Source of the DNA: Acidobacteriota bacterium
Lineage (GTDB): Bacteria > Acidobacteriota > UBA890 > WLXD01
Direction: 5' to 3'
Assembly: GCA_963666215.2 (NCBI GenBank)
Contig: CAXWPL010000005.1
Location: forward strand, 832,001-896,000
DNA length: 64,000 nt
Positions within the stretch are counted from its first letter, which is position 1, and every line of letters starts with the position of its first letter. Of this stretch, positions 48,471 through 57,967 are shown in pieces. Position numbers and translations under genes: made by a program. The notes beneath the pieces were generated by a model that was not told the origin of the DNA, did no database searches, and saw only the letters and a list, made by a program, of their open reading frames with translations.

Positions 48471-49735
48471 GGTGTGACTTCGATCCGCAAGCCATCGACT
48501 CCCAACGGAGCGTCGAAAGCGCGCAGACCGTCAAGATAGCCCAGCCCAGGCAAACCAGCGCTGCGAGTGGCGATCTCGGCTTCGGTCTCCGCCGCAGCAT
48601 CAGAAATCGGCGGGCTCGGCGCCAGCGTCTGAGTCTCACGTCGGTGCGGTATCTCCGGGCCGAGAACCAGGAGCGACCCTGCACCCGGGCCGGCCAGGGA
48701 TCCGGCGCCCGAGATCTTGGCGGCGGACCCACCGGCCTCGATCCGCCGCACGAGCTGGCGAACGGCGGTGGGCACCACACCTAGATTCTCGAGGCACGAT
48801 TGGTAGGAACGCACCGACTCGCGCATGACGTCGTATCTGAGTTGTGAATCTGAATTCGTCGTCGAAGGTTCGATCGCGATCGCCCGCAGAAACCCGCGAG
48901 TTGCCTCCTCCATCGTATCGAGCAGCGCGTCGAAGCCGTCGGGGTCGCGGTCGCGACGAGCCCGAACGTCGGCGACTACGCTTCCGGTGTCCTCGCCAGG
49001 TGGCCCCGTGTGGAACACCTGCAACGACCGCAGGGCAGATATCGAAACCTGCACCACACGGCGCTCCAGCTCCCCGTCAGCGCTCCGGCGCGCCCAGAGG
49101 ACGCCCCCGTGCATCACTGTTGCGGCGTCGACACCGGACGGGCGACCGTGCTGGCAGCGTTCCACCGTAGAGGCCAGGCCTTCGAGGTCGCCGGGCGACG
49201 CGGGGACGGCGAGCACGACGCCGACGGCCGAGCAGACCGCCACGGCCGTCGCGGCGGAGCTGCCGAACCCGGAACCGACCGGTATTTCCGAGTCGATCCG
49301 AAGACGGAGCTCCGGCAGCCGACGAGCCCGGAGCAGCGATGTCGCGCTCGACGCAACAACACCCAATGCCAGCCTCACCGGACTCGAGCGGTCGTCGTCG
49401 CGCAGCAACGCGAATCTGGCCGGCGTTGGCTCGGCGTCGTAGCCCTGCCATAGAGCCAGCCGCGCGGCCGCATGCTCGCGAAGCTCCAACCAGGAAGAGC
49501 GGGCCCGGTACCCGATAGCCGGCAAGTCGATGTCGACGCCGGAGTCTTCAGGCGGTGCCCTGGCACCAACTCTCCGCGCTTGCGCCCGCAACCGTAGGCC
49601 GAAGGCGGCCACCAGGGCCGGACGACCGTACACCACGGCGTGCTCCCCCATGAGGATGAGCTTGGCGGGAACCGAAGCCACAACGGCCGTCGGCAGGTCG
49701 GGCGCGGAGGTGGGGTTCACAATCGCTCCGCCCAC
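48467..49735 (-). CDS. mvk: Mevalonate kinase
   Basis: PAKLILMGEHAVVYG, PVGSGFGSSAA, HGRPSGVD, KISGAG. Confidence 0.9.
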   Translation of the reverse strand: MGGAIVNPTSAPDLPTAVVASVPAKLILMGEHAVVYGRPALVAAFGLRLRAQARRVGARAPPEDSGVDIDLPAIGYRARSSWLELREHAAARLALWQGYDAEPTPARFALLRDDDRSSPVRLALGVVASSATSLLRARRLPELRLRIDSEIPVGSGFGSSAATAVAVCSAVGVVLAVPASPGDLEGLASTVERCQHGRPSGVDAATVMHGGVLWARRSADGELERRVVQVSISALRSLQVFHTGPPGEDTGSVVADVRARRDRDPDGFDALLDTMEEATRGFLRAIAIEPSTTNSDSQLRYDVMRESVRSYQSCLENLGVVPTAVRQLVRRIEAGGSAAKISGAGSLAGPGAGSLLVLGPEIPHRRETQTLAPSPPISDAAAETEAEIATRSAGLPGLGYLDGLRAFDAPLGVDGLRIEVTP

Positions 49736-49741
49736 GGCGCG

Positions 49742-51163
49742 CTAGTTGTCGATCGTCCGGCCACGCCCGAGTCGCTCGTGGGCCCCAGCCAGGTCCCGCG
49801 AGGTGAACGCGGCCATCAGCGAAAGCTCGCCGGCGAGTACCGCGGCGCCAAGAATCTCAGCCAGCCTGCGAACCGCGTACCCCGGCCGCTCGGGATCGGG
49901 GAGAGCGTTCATCAGCGCCAGCGCCTCGTGTTGTGTTGCGAGCCCGGTACCACCGCCGATCGCCGCAATCGGCACGTCGGGTAGAAAAACCGACACCATC
50001 ACGCTGTCACGATCGCCAGGCGCCCTCTCGATGCAGGTCACCCCCATCGACGCTTCCGCAACGTGAGCGAGATCTTGACCTGTGGCCAGGAAGAATGCCG
50101 CGATAACGTTGGCGAAATGCGCGTTGGCGCCGATCGCCCCGGCGGCGATCGAGCCCAGCAGGTTCTTGCGATACTGCACCTCTGCCAGCGCCGCGGCGTT
50201 GGTCTTGAGGCGCTCGAGGATCTCCTGATTCAGAACCACCTCGGCGTGCACACGTTTGCCCCGGCCTTCCTGGAAGTTGACCGCAGCGGGCTTCTTGTCG
50301 ACGCAGTAATTGCCCGAAAGCGCGACGCAATGCACATCGGTCTCGGGCTCGATGAGCCTATGGACGACGCGGTCGCAAGCGATCGTTGCCATGTTCATTC
50401 CCATGGCGTCGCCTGACTCGAAGCGGAACCGTAAGAACACGGTCGTTCCGAAGGCGTACGATCGGATGTCGAGCAATTTGAGGTGCCCACTCGTACTCTC
50501 CGCGACCTCGCGAATACGATCCTCCGACTCGGTCACCCACGCGATGAAGCGGCGGTTCTCGACGATACCTGTGGTTCTAAACACCGGAGCCCGAGTCATT
50601 CCCACTTCTTCGACTCGAACCGTCGCCCCGCCGGCCGCGCTGATCGCCGAACAGCCTCGATTGATGCTGGCCACCAACGCGCCCTCCGTGGTCGCCAGCG
50701 GCAAGTACACGTCCTCGTCGATGACGTGCTCTCCGAGCACTCTGAGCGGACCCGCAACTCCCATCGGCACCTGCGCCGCGCCGATGAAGTTCTCGCAGTG
50801 GCGGCTCGAGGCTAGCTCTGCGTCGAACGAGTAGTGGCTGATGTGGTCGAAGGAGATCTCGGCGTCCCGAGGCTCACTCGCGCCGGCGGTCCGGTTGGCG
50901 CTGGCGATGTGCCGCACTGCCCGCCGACGCGCTTCCGCCGCATCGGAAGCCGCGATCTCGCCGCCGAGTTGATGCAAACGCCGCTCGCCGGCGACGAGCT
51001 GCTCGACTATCGCATCCAGGCGACCGGCGGAATCCTGCTGCTCGAGCTCGGCGCCCTCATCACTCGAGTCGGCCGTTGATCGAGGGCCCGACTCGGAACA
51101 GTCGACTTCCGGGTCAATCTCCTCCGACGCCCCCGAGATCGACGCGGACACAGGTTCGCTCAT
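49742..51163 (-). CDS. hmgA: HMG-CoA reductase, class I (archaeal/eukaryotic type)
   Basis: CENFIG, PLATTEGALVASINRG, GDAMGMNM, SGNYCVDKK, TGQDLAH, GELSL. Confidence 0.93.
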   Translation of the reverse strand: MSEPVSASISGASEEIDPEVDCSESGPRSTADSSDEGAELEQQDSAGRLDAIVEQLVAGERRLHQLGGEIAASDAAEARRRAVRHIASANRTAGASEPRDAEISFDHISHYSFDAELASSRHCENFIGAAQVPMGVAGPLRVLGEHVIDEDVYLPLATTEGALVASINRGCSAISAAGGATVRVEEVGMTRAPVFRTTGIVENRRFIAWVTESEDRIREVAESTSGHLKLLDIRSYAFGTTVFLRFRFESGDAMGMNMATIACDRVVHRLIEPETDVHCVALSGNYCVDKKPAAVNFQEGRGKRVHAEVVLNQEILERLKTNAAALAEVQYRKNLLGSIAAGAIGANAHFANVIAAFFLATGQDLAHVAEASMGVTCIERAPGDRDSVMVSVFLPDVPIAAIGGGTGLATQHEALALMNALPDPERPGYAVRRLAEILGAAVLAGELSLMAAFTSRDLAGAHERLGRGRTIDN

Positions 51164-51166
51164 CGA

Positions 51167-52279
51167 TCAGATCCTCCGCCGCACCAGCGGCGTGCCTGCA
51201 AGTGACTCGAGGTCTGCCGCGCCAACGCAGAACATACAGATGCGCAGCTCGTGGAGTGTCCTGCGCATCGAGGCGACGACCGTGGCGGCCGATTCGGTGG
51301 CGCCTTGCAGGAACGGCCGCGCCAGCCCGACGATGTCGGCTCCCATCGCAATCGCCTTGCCTACGTCGAGGCCGTTGCGCACGCCACCACTGCCAATCGT
51401 GATCGTGTCGGGCAGCGCCGATACGGCGGCAATGCTGTCGGGTGTAGGCACGCCCCAGTCGGCGAACAGCTCGCCGAGCGCCGCATCGTCGGCCCGAGCG
51501 GCCTCGATTCGGGCCCAACTTGTCCCACCCAACCCAGCGGTGTCAATCACGCGGACTCCTGCGTCGAACAGCTGTCGAGCAACCGTCGGCGACATACCCA
51601 TGCCGATTTCCTTGACGATGACTGGCACCTCGAGCTCCTCGACAACCTTCGCGATCTTCGCCAGCAGATGCGAAAAATTGGTGTCGCCCTCGGGCTGAAT
51701 TGCCTCCTGCAGTGGGTTCAGGTGCAACACCAACGCGTCGGCGCCGATCATCTCCACGGCCTCACGACACTGCGCGACATCGTAGCCGTAATTGAGCTGC
51801 ACCGCTCCTAAATTGGCCAGCAACGGCACGCTGGGCGCCAAATGGCGCACCTGGAAGGTGGAGCGCGCCGACGCTGAGGGATCCTCGATCGCTTTCCGCT
51901 GTGAGCCCACGCCGATCGCGACACCGACCTCCTCCGCTGCGATCGCCAGGTTGCGATTGATCGCGGCCGCCTCGGGCGTACCCCCGGTCATGCAGGAAAC
52001 CAGCAGCGGCGCGTTGAGCTGCTGACTCAGAAACGATGTCGACAGATCGACCGCGGCCATGTCGAGCTCCGGCAGCGCGCGGTGCTCGAACGCGTAGTGG
52101 TCGAAGTAGCGCGCCCCGAGCTGCATGTGCTCGCGCAATGCCAGCTGGATATGCTCCGCCTTGCGATCACGCTGGCCGGCCGCGTCTTCGGAAAGAGCTT
52201 CGCTGGCGCGACCATCGCCGGAAGGACCCACGTCGGAGACGGAGTCGTCGATTAATGTGGTCGAGTCGGTGGGTTTCAT
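51167..52279 (-). CDS. fni: Type 2 (FMN-dependent) isopentenyl-diphosphate isomerase
   Basis: RKAEHI, MTGG, GSQR, HLNPLQEAIQPEGD, VKEIG, GGTSW, SGGVRNG. Confidence 0.95.
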   Translation of the reverse strand: MKPTDSTTLIDDSVSDVGPSGDGRASEALSEDAAGQRDRKAEHIQLALREHMQLGARYFDHYAFEHRALPELDMAAVDLSTSFLSQQLNAPLLVSCMTGGTPEAAAINRNLAIAAEEVGVAIGVGSQRKAIEDPSASARSTFQVRHLAPSVPLLANLGAVQLNYGYDVAQCREAVEMIGADALVLHLNPLQEAIQPEGDTNFSHLLAKIAKVVEELEVPVIVKEIGMGMSPTVARQLFDAGVRVIDTAGLGGTSWARIEAARADDAALGELFADWGVPTPDSIAAVSALPDTITIGSGGVRNGLDVGKAIAMGADIVGLARPFLQGATESAATVVASMRRTLHELRICMFCVGAADLESLAGTPLVRRRI

Positions 52280-52309
52280 GGCGTCAGGATAGGGGCACAT
52301 CCGTTGCTG

Positions 52310-53110
52310 TCAAACTTCGTCGCTCCCGGGACGGGTGCCGGCAATGAGCTCTTGGGCGAAGTTCGCCAGGCGCGTAGCGCTGCGGTTCATCCGGGTTCGC
52401 AGACGCAGCAGGGCTGCCACGGAACGCGGCCGCCAGATTGCCTTGCCCACCACCTTGCGCTGATCGATGCTGCCGTCCTGGCGCCGGCAGTCTTCGAGAA
52501 AAGACGGGAGGCTCTCGCCCGCCGTGTCGGTGATCGCTCGCACGATCAGGTACGGAAGCCCATACGCGGTCGCTACTCGCGCGAAACAGGCCGACTCCAT
52601 GTCTACCGCCGCGGGCTGATCGCGCTCGGTCTGCCCCCACCAATGCTGCTTGCCTTCCGGAGTTGCGACGATCTCGTCAACCGTCACCAGGCGACCGAGC
52701 TCGTAGGACTCGCCAGTAACGGCCACCTCCTCGAGCCACTGCAGATCGGGACGCGCCAGAACGTCGTTACCCTCGAGAACCTCACTCGATACGACCAACT
52801 CGCCAACCTTGAGCTTGCCGGATAGGGCTCCGGCAATCCCGAGCGCCAGCACGCGGCGCGGCGTGCACTTCTGGATGAGCTTGCGCAATCCGATATCGGC
52901 GTTGCGCTTGCCATCGCCGGTGACGCAGAGCACCACCGGGACGCCTTGGATGAGCCCTTGTGTGTAGCGTGCCGGGCCGTTCTTGATTTCCACTCGCTCG
53001 CGCACACGTTCGCGCAGGACGACGATCTCGTCCTCCATGGCCGTTACGACCGCAATCAGCTCGTCGCTCTCGGGCTCGCGGCCGCTGGGTCTGGTTGCCC
53101 TACTTGTCAT
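52310..53110 (-). CDS. hpnG: Hopanoid-associated nucleoside phosphorylase (HpnG-like)
   Basis: TAMEDE, GIAGAL, VDMESA, RAITD; in the shc-hpnH operon. Confidence 0.75.
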   Translation of the reverse strand: MTSRATRPSGREPESDELIAVVTAMEDEIVVLRERVRERVEIKNGPARYTQGLIQGVPVVLCVTGDGKRNADIGLRKLIQKCTPRRVLALGIAGALSGKLKVGELVVSSEVLEGNDVLARPDLQWLEEVAVTGESYELGRLVTVDEIVATPEGKQHWWGQTERDQPAAVDMESACFARVATAYGLPYLIVRAITDTAGESLPSFLEDCRRQDGSIDQRKVVGKAIWRPRSVAALLRLRTRMNRSATRLANFAQELIAGTRPGSDEV

Positions 53111-53181
53111 AACCGTGATCTCGAAACCACTGCACCGCGCGTTGGAGCGCAGCTTCGACCGGGCTCTGGGGGAGCCCTAGC

Positions 53182-54224
53182 TGTGTTTTCTAAGTAGGTT
53201 GTTCACATCGGGGCTCACTTCTGAGATCAATGGGGTTGTTCAAAAGACTCCACGACCTCAGAAGGAGTGCCCGATGCAGCTGCATGGTAACGCCCGCACG
53301 ACGCCGTATATACGCCGAGAGATGGTCCGCCGAGTCCGGGAGCGGGCGGAGCCCGTGACGGAAACGGCGGCGGCGCTCGGCGTGTCGGCTCGAACGGTTT
53401 ACAAGTGGCTGGATAGATACGAGCGAGAAGGTGAGGCCGGGCTGCTCGATCGATCAAGCCGGCCGACGTGCTGTCCGCACGCAACAAGCGCTGGAGTTGT
53501 GAGGCAGATCGACAAGCTACGTCGGCGGCGACTGACGGCCTGGCAGATCAGCCGAAGGTTGGCTGTGCCGCGCTCGACCGTCTCGGCGTGGCTGAAGCGG
53601 CTCGGACTCGCCAAGCTTGATGCGCTCGAGCCCAAGCCCGAGATCGTTCGCTACGAGTACGAGCACCCCGGTGACCTACTGCACCTGGATACGAAGAAAC
53701 TGGCCCGTATCCGGCGACCTGGACACCGCATCCACGGCGACCGCTCCAAGCGGGCCTACGGCGTCGGCTGGGAGAACGCCCACGTCGCTATCGACGATCA
53801 CTCTCGGGTGGCGTACGTCGAAGTGCTGCCCGCCGAAGACCAACACACCTGCACAGCGTTCCTGCAGCGAGCCGTCGAGCACTTCGCTTCGATGGGAGTA
53901 GCGGTGCGCCGAGTGATGACAGACAACGGGCCTGGCTACGTCTCGAAGCGCTTCAATCGCCTATGCCATCAACTCGAGATCCGGCACATTTACACCCGGC
54001 CCTACACCCCCAGAACCAACGGCAAAGCCGAACGCTTCATCCGCACACTCAAGGAGCAGTGGGCCTACGGCACCTGCTACCAGACCTCAGCTCGACGTAC
54101 TCGAGCTCTACGGCCCTGGCTCAACCACTACAATCGTCACCGTCCCCACGCCGGCATCGGCATGACACCGCCGATCGCTCGGCTCTCAGGGGTGAGTTCG
54201 TGAACAACCTACCTAGAACTCACA
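53182..54224 (+). mobile_element. Complete IS481-family insertion sequence (1043 bp)
   Basis: 25-bp terminal IRs TGTGTTTTCTAAGTAGGTTGTTCAC / TGTGAGTTCTAGGTAGGTTGTTCAC (22/25 match); 6-bp TSD CCTAGC at 53176-53181 and 54225-54230. Confidence 0.95.
53274..54203 (+). CDS. IS481-family DDE transposase
   Basis: HGNARTT, LHLDTKKL, IDDHSR, MTDNG, TNGKAERF; AAGGAG RBS. Confidence 0.95.
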   Translation: MQLHGNARTTPYIRREMVRRVRERAEPVTETAAALGVSARTVYKWLDRYEREGEAGLLDRSSRPTCCPHATSAGVVRQIDKLRRRRLTAWQISRRLAVPRSTVSAWLKRLGLAKLDALEPKPEIVRYEYEHPGDLLHLDTKKLARIRRPGHRIHGDRSKRAYGVGWENAHVAIDDHSRVAYVEVLPAEDQHTCTAFLQRAVEHFASMGVAVRRVMTDNGPGYVSKRFNRLCHQLEIRHIYTRPYTPRTNGKAERFIRTLKEQWAYGTCYQTSARRTRALRPWLNHYNRHRPHAGIGMTPPIARLSGVSS

Positions 54225-54641
54225 CCTAGCTCCTCGATTGCCCGGCATGGATCGAAGTACATGCGATGGCGCGACATTCGAACCGCCTCAACGGTGACCC
54301 GCGGCTGGCGCCCGAGCAAGCGCGAGGCGCCCTCGTCGCAGCCGAAGGTCGAACGCGATCAAGGGTGCCGGAAACGGCATCGCCGCGCCGGTCAGGGTCT
54401 CCGGCAGCAGCCACCAGATCACCCTCGACGAGCCTCGCGCCCAAGCCTTCGATGTTGTCGCAGCGTGCTCCAGCCCGCACGAGGCAGCGCACCTCGTCAC
54501 CCCGACGATGCAGCGCTTCGGCAACGTGAGAGCCTATGAAACCGGTCGCACCGGTGACGAACGACACAGTCATCGAGCGTATTCAGATCGAGCGGACGGC
54601 TTAGAGAACGCGCCCCGAAGGCGCACCATCGCGGCTCGTGC

Positions 54642-55643
54642 TCAGCCCAGGAAGTTCCACTTGGCCATCCGCAACATGTCGCGAGGGCTCTTGACGAGCT
54701 CCTTGACGACGGAGGCTTCGAAGCCCGAGTGCATGGCGCAGTTCTGGCACCTTCGGTCCTGCCGCGACTCCCAATACTCCCAATCGACCCCCTCCCAGAA
54801 CTCCTCCCAGGTGTCGAAGTACTTCTCGCCAATCAAGTAGCACGGTCCCTTCCAGCCGAGTGGCGTATAGGTAACAGTGCTCCAGGGTGAGCACGAGTAG
54901 TCGCGCATCCCGGCGGCGAACTCGAGAAACATCGGCGTAGAGTTGAGCCGGTATTCCTCTGCGAACTCGAGCACGGGCTTGAACTTGGCCTCGATGTCCC
55001 GGCGAGTCAGGAAGATGTCGCGATCGATCTGCTCGTAGTGGTACCCAGGCGAGATCAGCATGCCGTCGACGCCGAGCGCGGTCATCTGCGAGCACAGCTG
55101 CTCCACCTCGTCGATGTCGGTTTCCTTGAACACCGTCGTGTTGGTGAACACGTGATAGCCGCGCTCGATGCAGGCCTCCACCATCTCCACCGCGGTGTCG
55201 AACACGCCCTCGCGGTCGGTGACGTAGTCGTGGGTCTCGCGCATCCCGTCGAGGTGAACGTTGATCGTCAATCGCTTGTCCGGTGGGACGCAATCGAAGA
55301 GCCTCTTTTCGATCAGCAACGCGTTGGTGCACAGGTAGATATGCTTGCCGCGCTCGATAATTCCCTCGACGAGCTCGGGCAGCTCGGGGTACATGAGCGG
55401 CTCACCACCGCAAATCGAGACAATGGGAGCCTCCGCGGCATCGACGGCGGCCAGACAGCTCTTCAAGGAAAGCCTGTCGACGAGCTTGCCCGTGTGGCGC
55501 TCCGGCGTGCAGCCGATACAGGCCAAGTTGCAGGCGTAGAGAGGCTCGAGCATCAAGACGAACGGATAACGCTCGCGCCCGGCACGTGCATTCCGCCACT
55601 GATGCTTGATGTTGTCGGTGGTGATGTGCAGCGGAAATCGCAT
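54642..55643 (-). CDS. hpnH: Adenosyl-hopene transferase (radical SAM)
   Basis: VLMLEPLYACNLACIGC (CxxxCxxC), ICGGEPL, YLCTNAL, CQNCAMHSGFE. Confidence 0.9.
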   Translation of the reverse strand: MRFPLHITTDNIKHQWRNARAGRERYPFVLMLEPLYACNLACIGCTPERHTGKLVDRLSLKSCLAAVDAAEAPIVSICGGEPLMYPELPELVEGIIERGKHIYLCTNALLIEKRLFDCVPPDKRLTINVHLDGMRETHDYVTDREGVFDTAVEMVEACIERGYHVFTNTTVFKETDIDEVEQLCSQMTALGVDGMLISPGYHYEQIDRDIFLTRRDIEAKFKPVLEFAEEYRLNSTPMFLEFAAGMRDYSCSPWSTVTYTPLGWKGPCYLIGEKYFDTWEEFWEGVDWEYWESRQDRRCQNCAMHSGFEASVVKELVKSPRDMLRMAKWNFLG

Positions 55644-55652
55644 CGTCGGGCC

Positions 55653-57638
55653 CTAGCCGCGGCCGTCGGTGAGGGCTCGATAAACGCCGAGGGCTTCGAG
55701 AGGGAAATAGGTCGCGTACAAATGGTAGCGCAGGTAGAAAACCTTGGGGAATCCGGTGCCGGTCCAGTACTCGTCGCGCCAGGTGCCGTCCTGCCGCTGC
55801 GTGCGCAGCAGGTGGTCCACTCCGCGGCGCACCGCGTTGGATTCGACGTCCCCCACCCGCAGCAGGCCCAGCAGCCCCCAGGCCGTCTGCGACGCGGTGC
55901 TGTGACCGCGGCCTTTGCTCTCCGGGTCGACGTATGAACCGTACGTCTCGCCCCAGCCGCCGTCGTCGTTCTGGCGTGAGCGAATCCACGCGGTCGCCCG
56001 CTGCACCGCAGGAGCCGACGGGCTCTCGCCCGCCGCGCTGAGAGCCCGCAGCGCCAGCCAGGTCCCGTACAGGTAGTTGCAGCCCCAGCGTCCGTACCAC
56101 GAGCCATCCGGCTCCTGGGTACGCCGGATGAATTCGAGCCCGCGCCGGACGGGCTCGTCGGAGCGATCGAAGCCGTAGCGATGCAGCGCGATCAGCGTGC
56201 GCGACGTGATGTCTGCCGTGCTTGGATCGATCATCGCGTTGTGGTCGGCAAAGGGCACGTAGGTAAGGATTTCCTTGTCGCATCCCTTGTCGAAAGCAGC
56301 CCAGCCGCCGTCGCGGTTCTGCATCGACAGCTGCCATCGCAACGCCCGTTCGATCGCGCCTTTGCGACGGGCTTCCAGCTCCGGCTCATCGAACCTGATG
56401 TGGCTGAGGCACATCAGCGCCTCGGCGGTATCGTCGCAGTCGGGATAGAACTCGTTGGCATACTCGAAGTACCAGCCGCCGGGCTCGACGTGAGGCAACT
56501 TCACTTGCCAATCGCCCGCCTGCTTGACTTCCCTGTCGAGAACCCAGCGCGCTGCCCGCTGCATCGGCGCCGAACCCGGCTCGGTGCCCGCATCGAGCAG
56601 GGCGTTCATTGTCAGCACCGTGTCCCACACCGGCGAGAAGCACGGCTGCAGCCGCAACGTATCGCCCTCCTCGATCTCCAGCTTCTCGAGCTCCTCGAGC
56701 TGCTTGAGAATCAGCGGCTCGTCAACCCTGTGGCCGAGACTATGGAAAGCGTAGATGCAGTTGACAATGGGCGGGAAGATCGCACCGAGGCCGTCGCTGC
56801 TCTCGAGGCGCTCGAGAATCCACTCCTCGGCACGCTCCAATGCACGCTCGCGCAACGGCGTCAGCGACATGCCCTCGGCCATCTTCAGCGAACGATCCAA
56901 CGCGAAGAACAGGCGCCGCCAAATGCGCGCTGTATGCGTGTTGTGCGGCGCCACCGGCAGCCGGGAGCCTTCGACGAGCAGCTCCGGAATATGGGCGTAT
57001 GCCGGAATGTCGCAGAACGGCTTGCGCGCCCAGATGATGCTCAGCGGCACGACGATGGCTCGCGACCACGAGGACATCTCGTAGACGTTGAAATAGAACC
57101 AATTGGGCAGAAGGATGATCTCGGGTGGTACCGCGGGGCAGCGGTCCCAGGGGTACTGGCCGAAGATCGCCAGATAGATCTTCGTGAAGGAGTTGCACGC
57201 CTCGATTCCACCGAGCCGCAGAATCACGCCGCGCGCCGCACGCATGTGGGGCGCGTCGGGATCGTCGCCGAGGAGCTTGAGCACGAGGTAGTTCTTGACC
57301 GAGGCGCTGATTTCGGGCGGGCCGCCCGGGTAGATGGCCCAACCTCCGCCGCTCGGTCCGCCAAGCTGCTTGGCACGGATCGTGTTCCCGGCCTTGCGAG
57401 CCTTCTCGCAGTCGTGGCGGCCGACAAAGTGCATCAGCAGGATGTAATCCGATTCGAGGATCGAATCGCCCTCGAGCTCGGCGCACCAGTGTCCATCTTC
57501 CTACTGAATCGACAGCAGAAAATCTCGCGCGCCGTCGATCACCTGGTCGGCCGTTCGGCCAGCGCTGCTGGCGGCCTCCGGCACCCGCACCAGAGGCACC
57601 CCCGGTGCAGACACAGGTCCCTCGGGCAACTGAGTCAT
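55653..57638 (-). CDS. shc: Squalene-hopene cyclase; in-frame TAG at 57501-57503
   Basis: YPDCDDTA (DxDD); multiple QW repeats (QNRDGGW, QEPDGSW, QNDDGGW); GTGFP. The frame extends upstream through LLSIQ*EDGHWCAELE to ATG 57638. Confidence 0.92.
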
Positions 57639-57967
57639 CAGTGTTTTCGAACGTTGAATTGCAGCTACGCGCGCAGCGTGTGAACGGCGCCGAGCCCTAG
57701 GCGGGGCGAGTGTCGTTGTAAGCGGTCGAGCACCCAGCCAGTGTGCGCCCCCAACGCAGGCTCAATAACACTCGATAGCAGCGATACACGGCCGGTGTGC
57801 GGCCATCATACCGGGTCGTCGCGGCGACGCGACAGTGGCAGCATGCCAGTTCTCACATGTCGCCATGGGCGGGCGTCGAACGGCTTCGCCGCCTCTGGCG
57901 CATCGTGCTACGTTCGGCGAACATCGCTGACATCCTCCCCTCAGTCGCCCGATCCGATGCCCGACCG

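Larger units (their letters stand above)
53100..54573 (-). pseudogene. hpnA: Hopanoid-associated sugar epimerase, disrupted by IS481 and an internal deletion
   Basis: N-terminus VTGATGFIGSHV...VEGDL. The C-terminal piece DEGASRLLGRQP...MYFDPCRAIEEL continues across the IS as GLPQSPVEAALQRAVQWFRDHGYDK*. Only ~430 non-IS bp remain. Confidence 0.85.

Noticed and set aside
48474-48500. Fourth GTGACTT hit
   Set aside because: Lies within the mvk 3' end, antisense to the operon, and lacks the matching -10 element; likely chance.
55653-57638. Possible oxidosqualene cyclase (sterol synthesis)
   Set aside because: Active site is DCDDTA (DxDD, SHC type), neighbours are hpnH/hpnG, and no squalene epoxidase is in the window.
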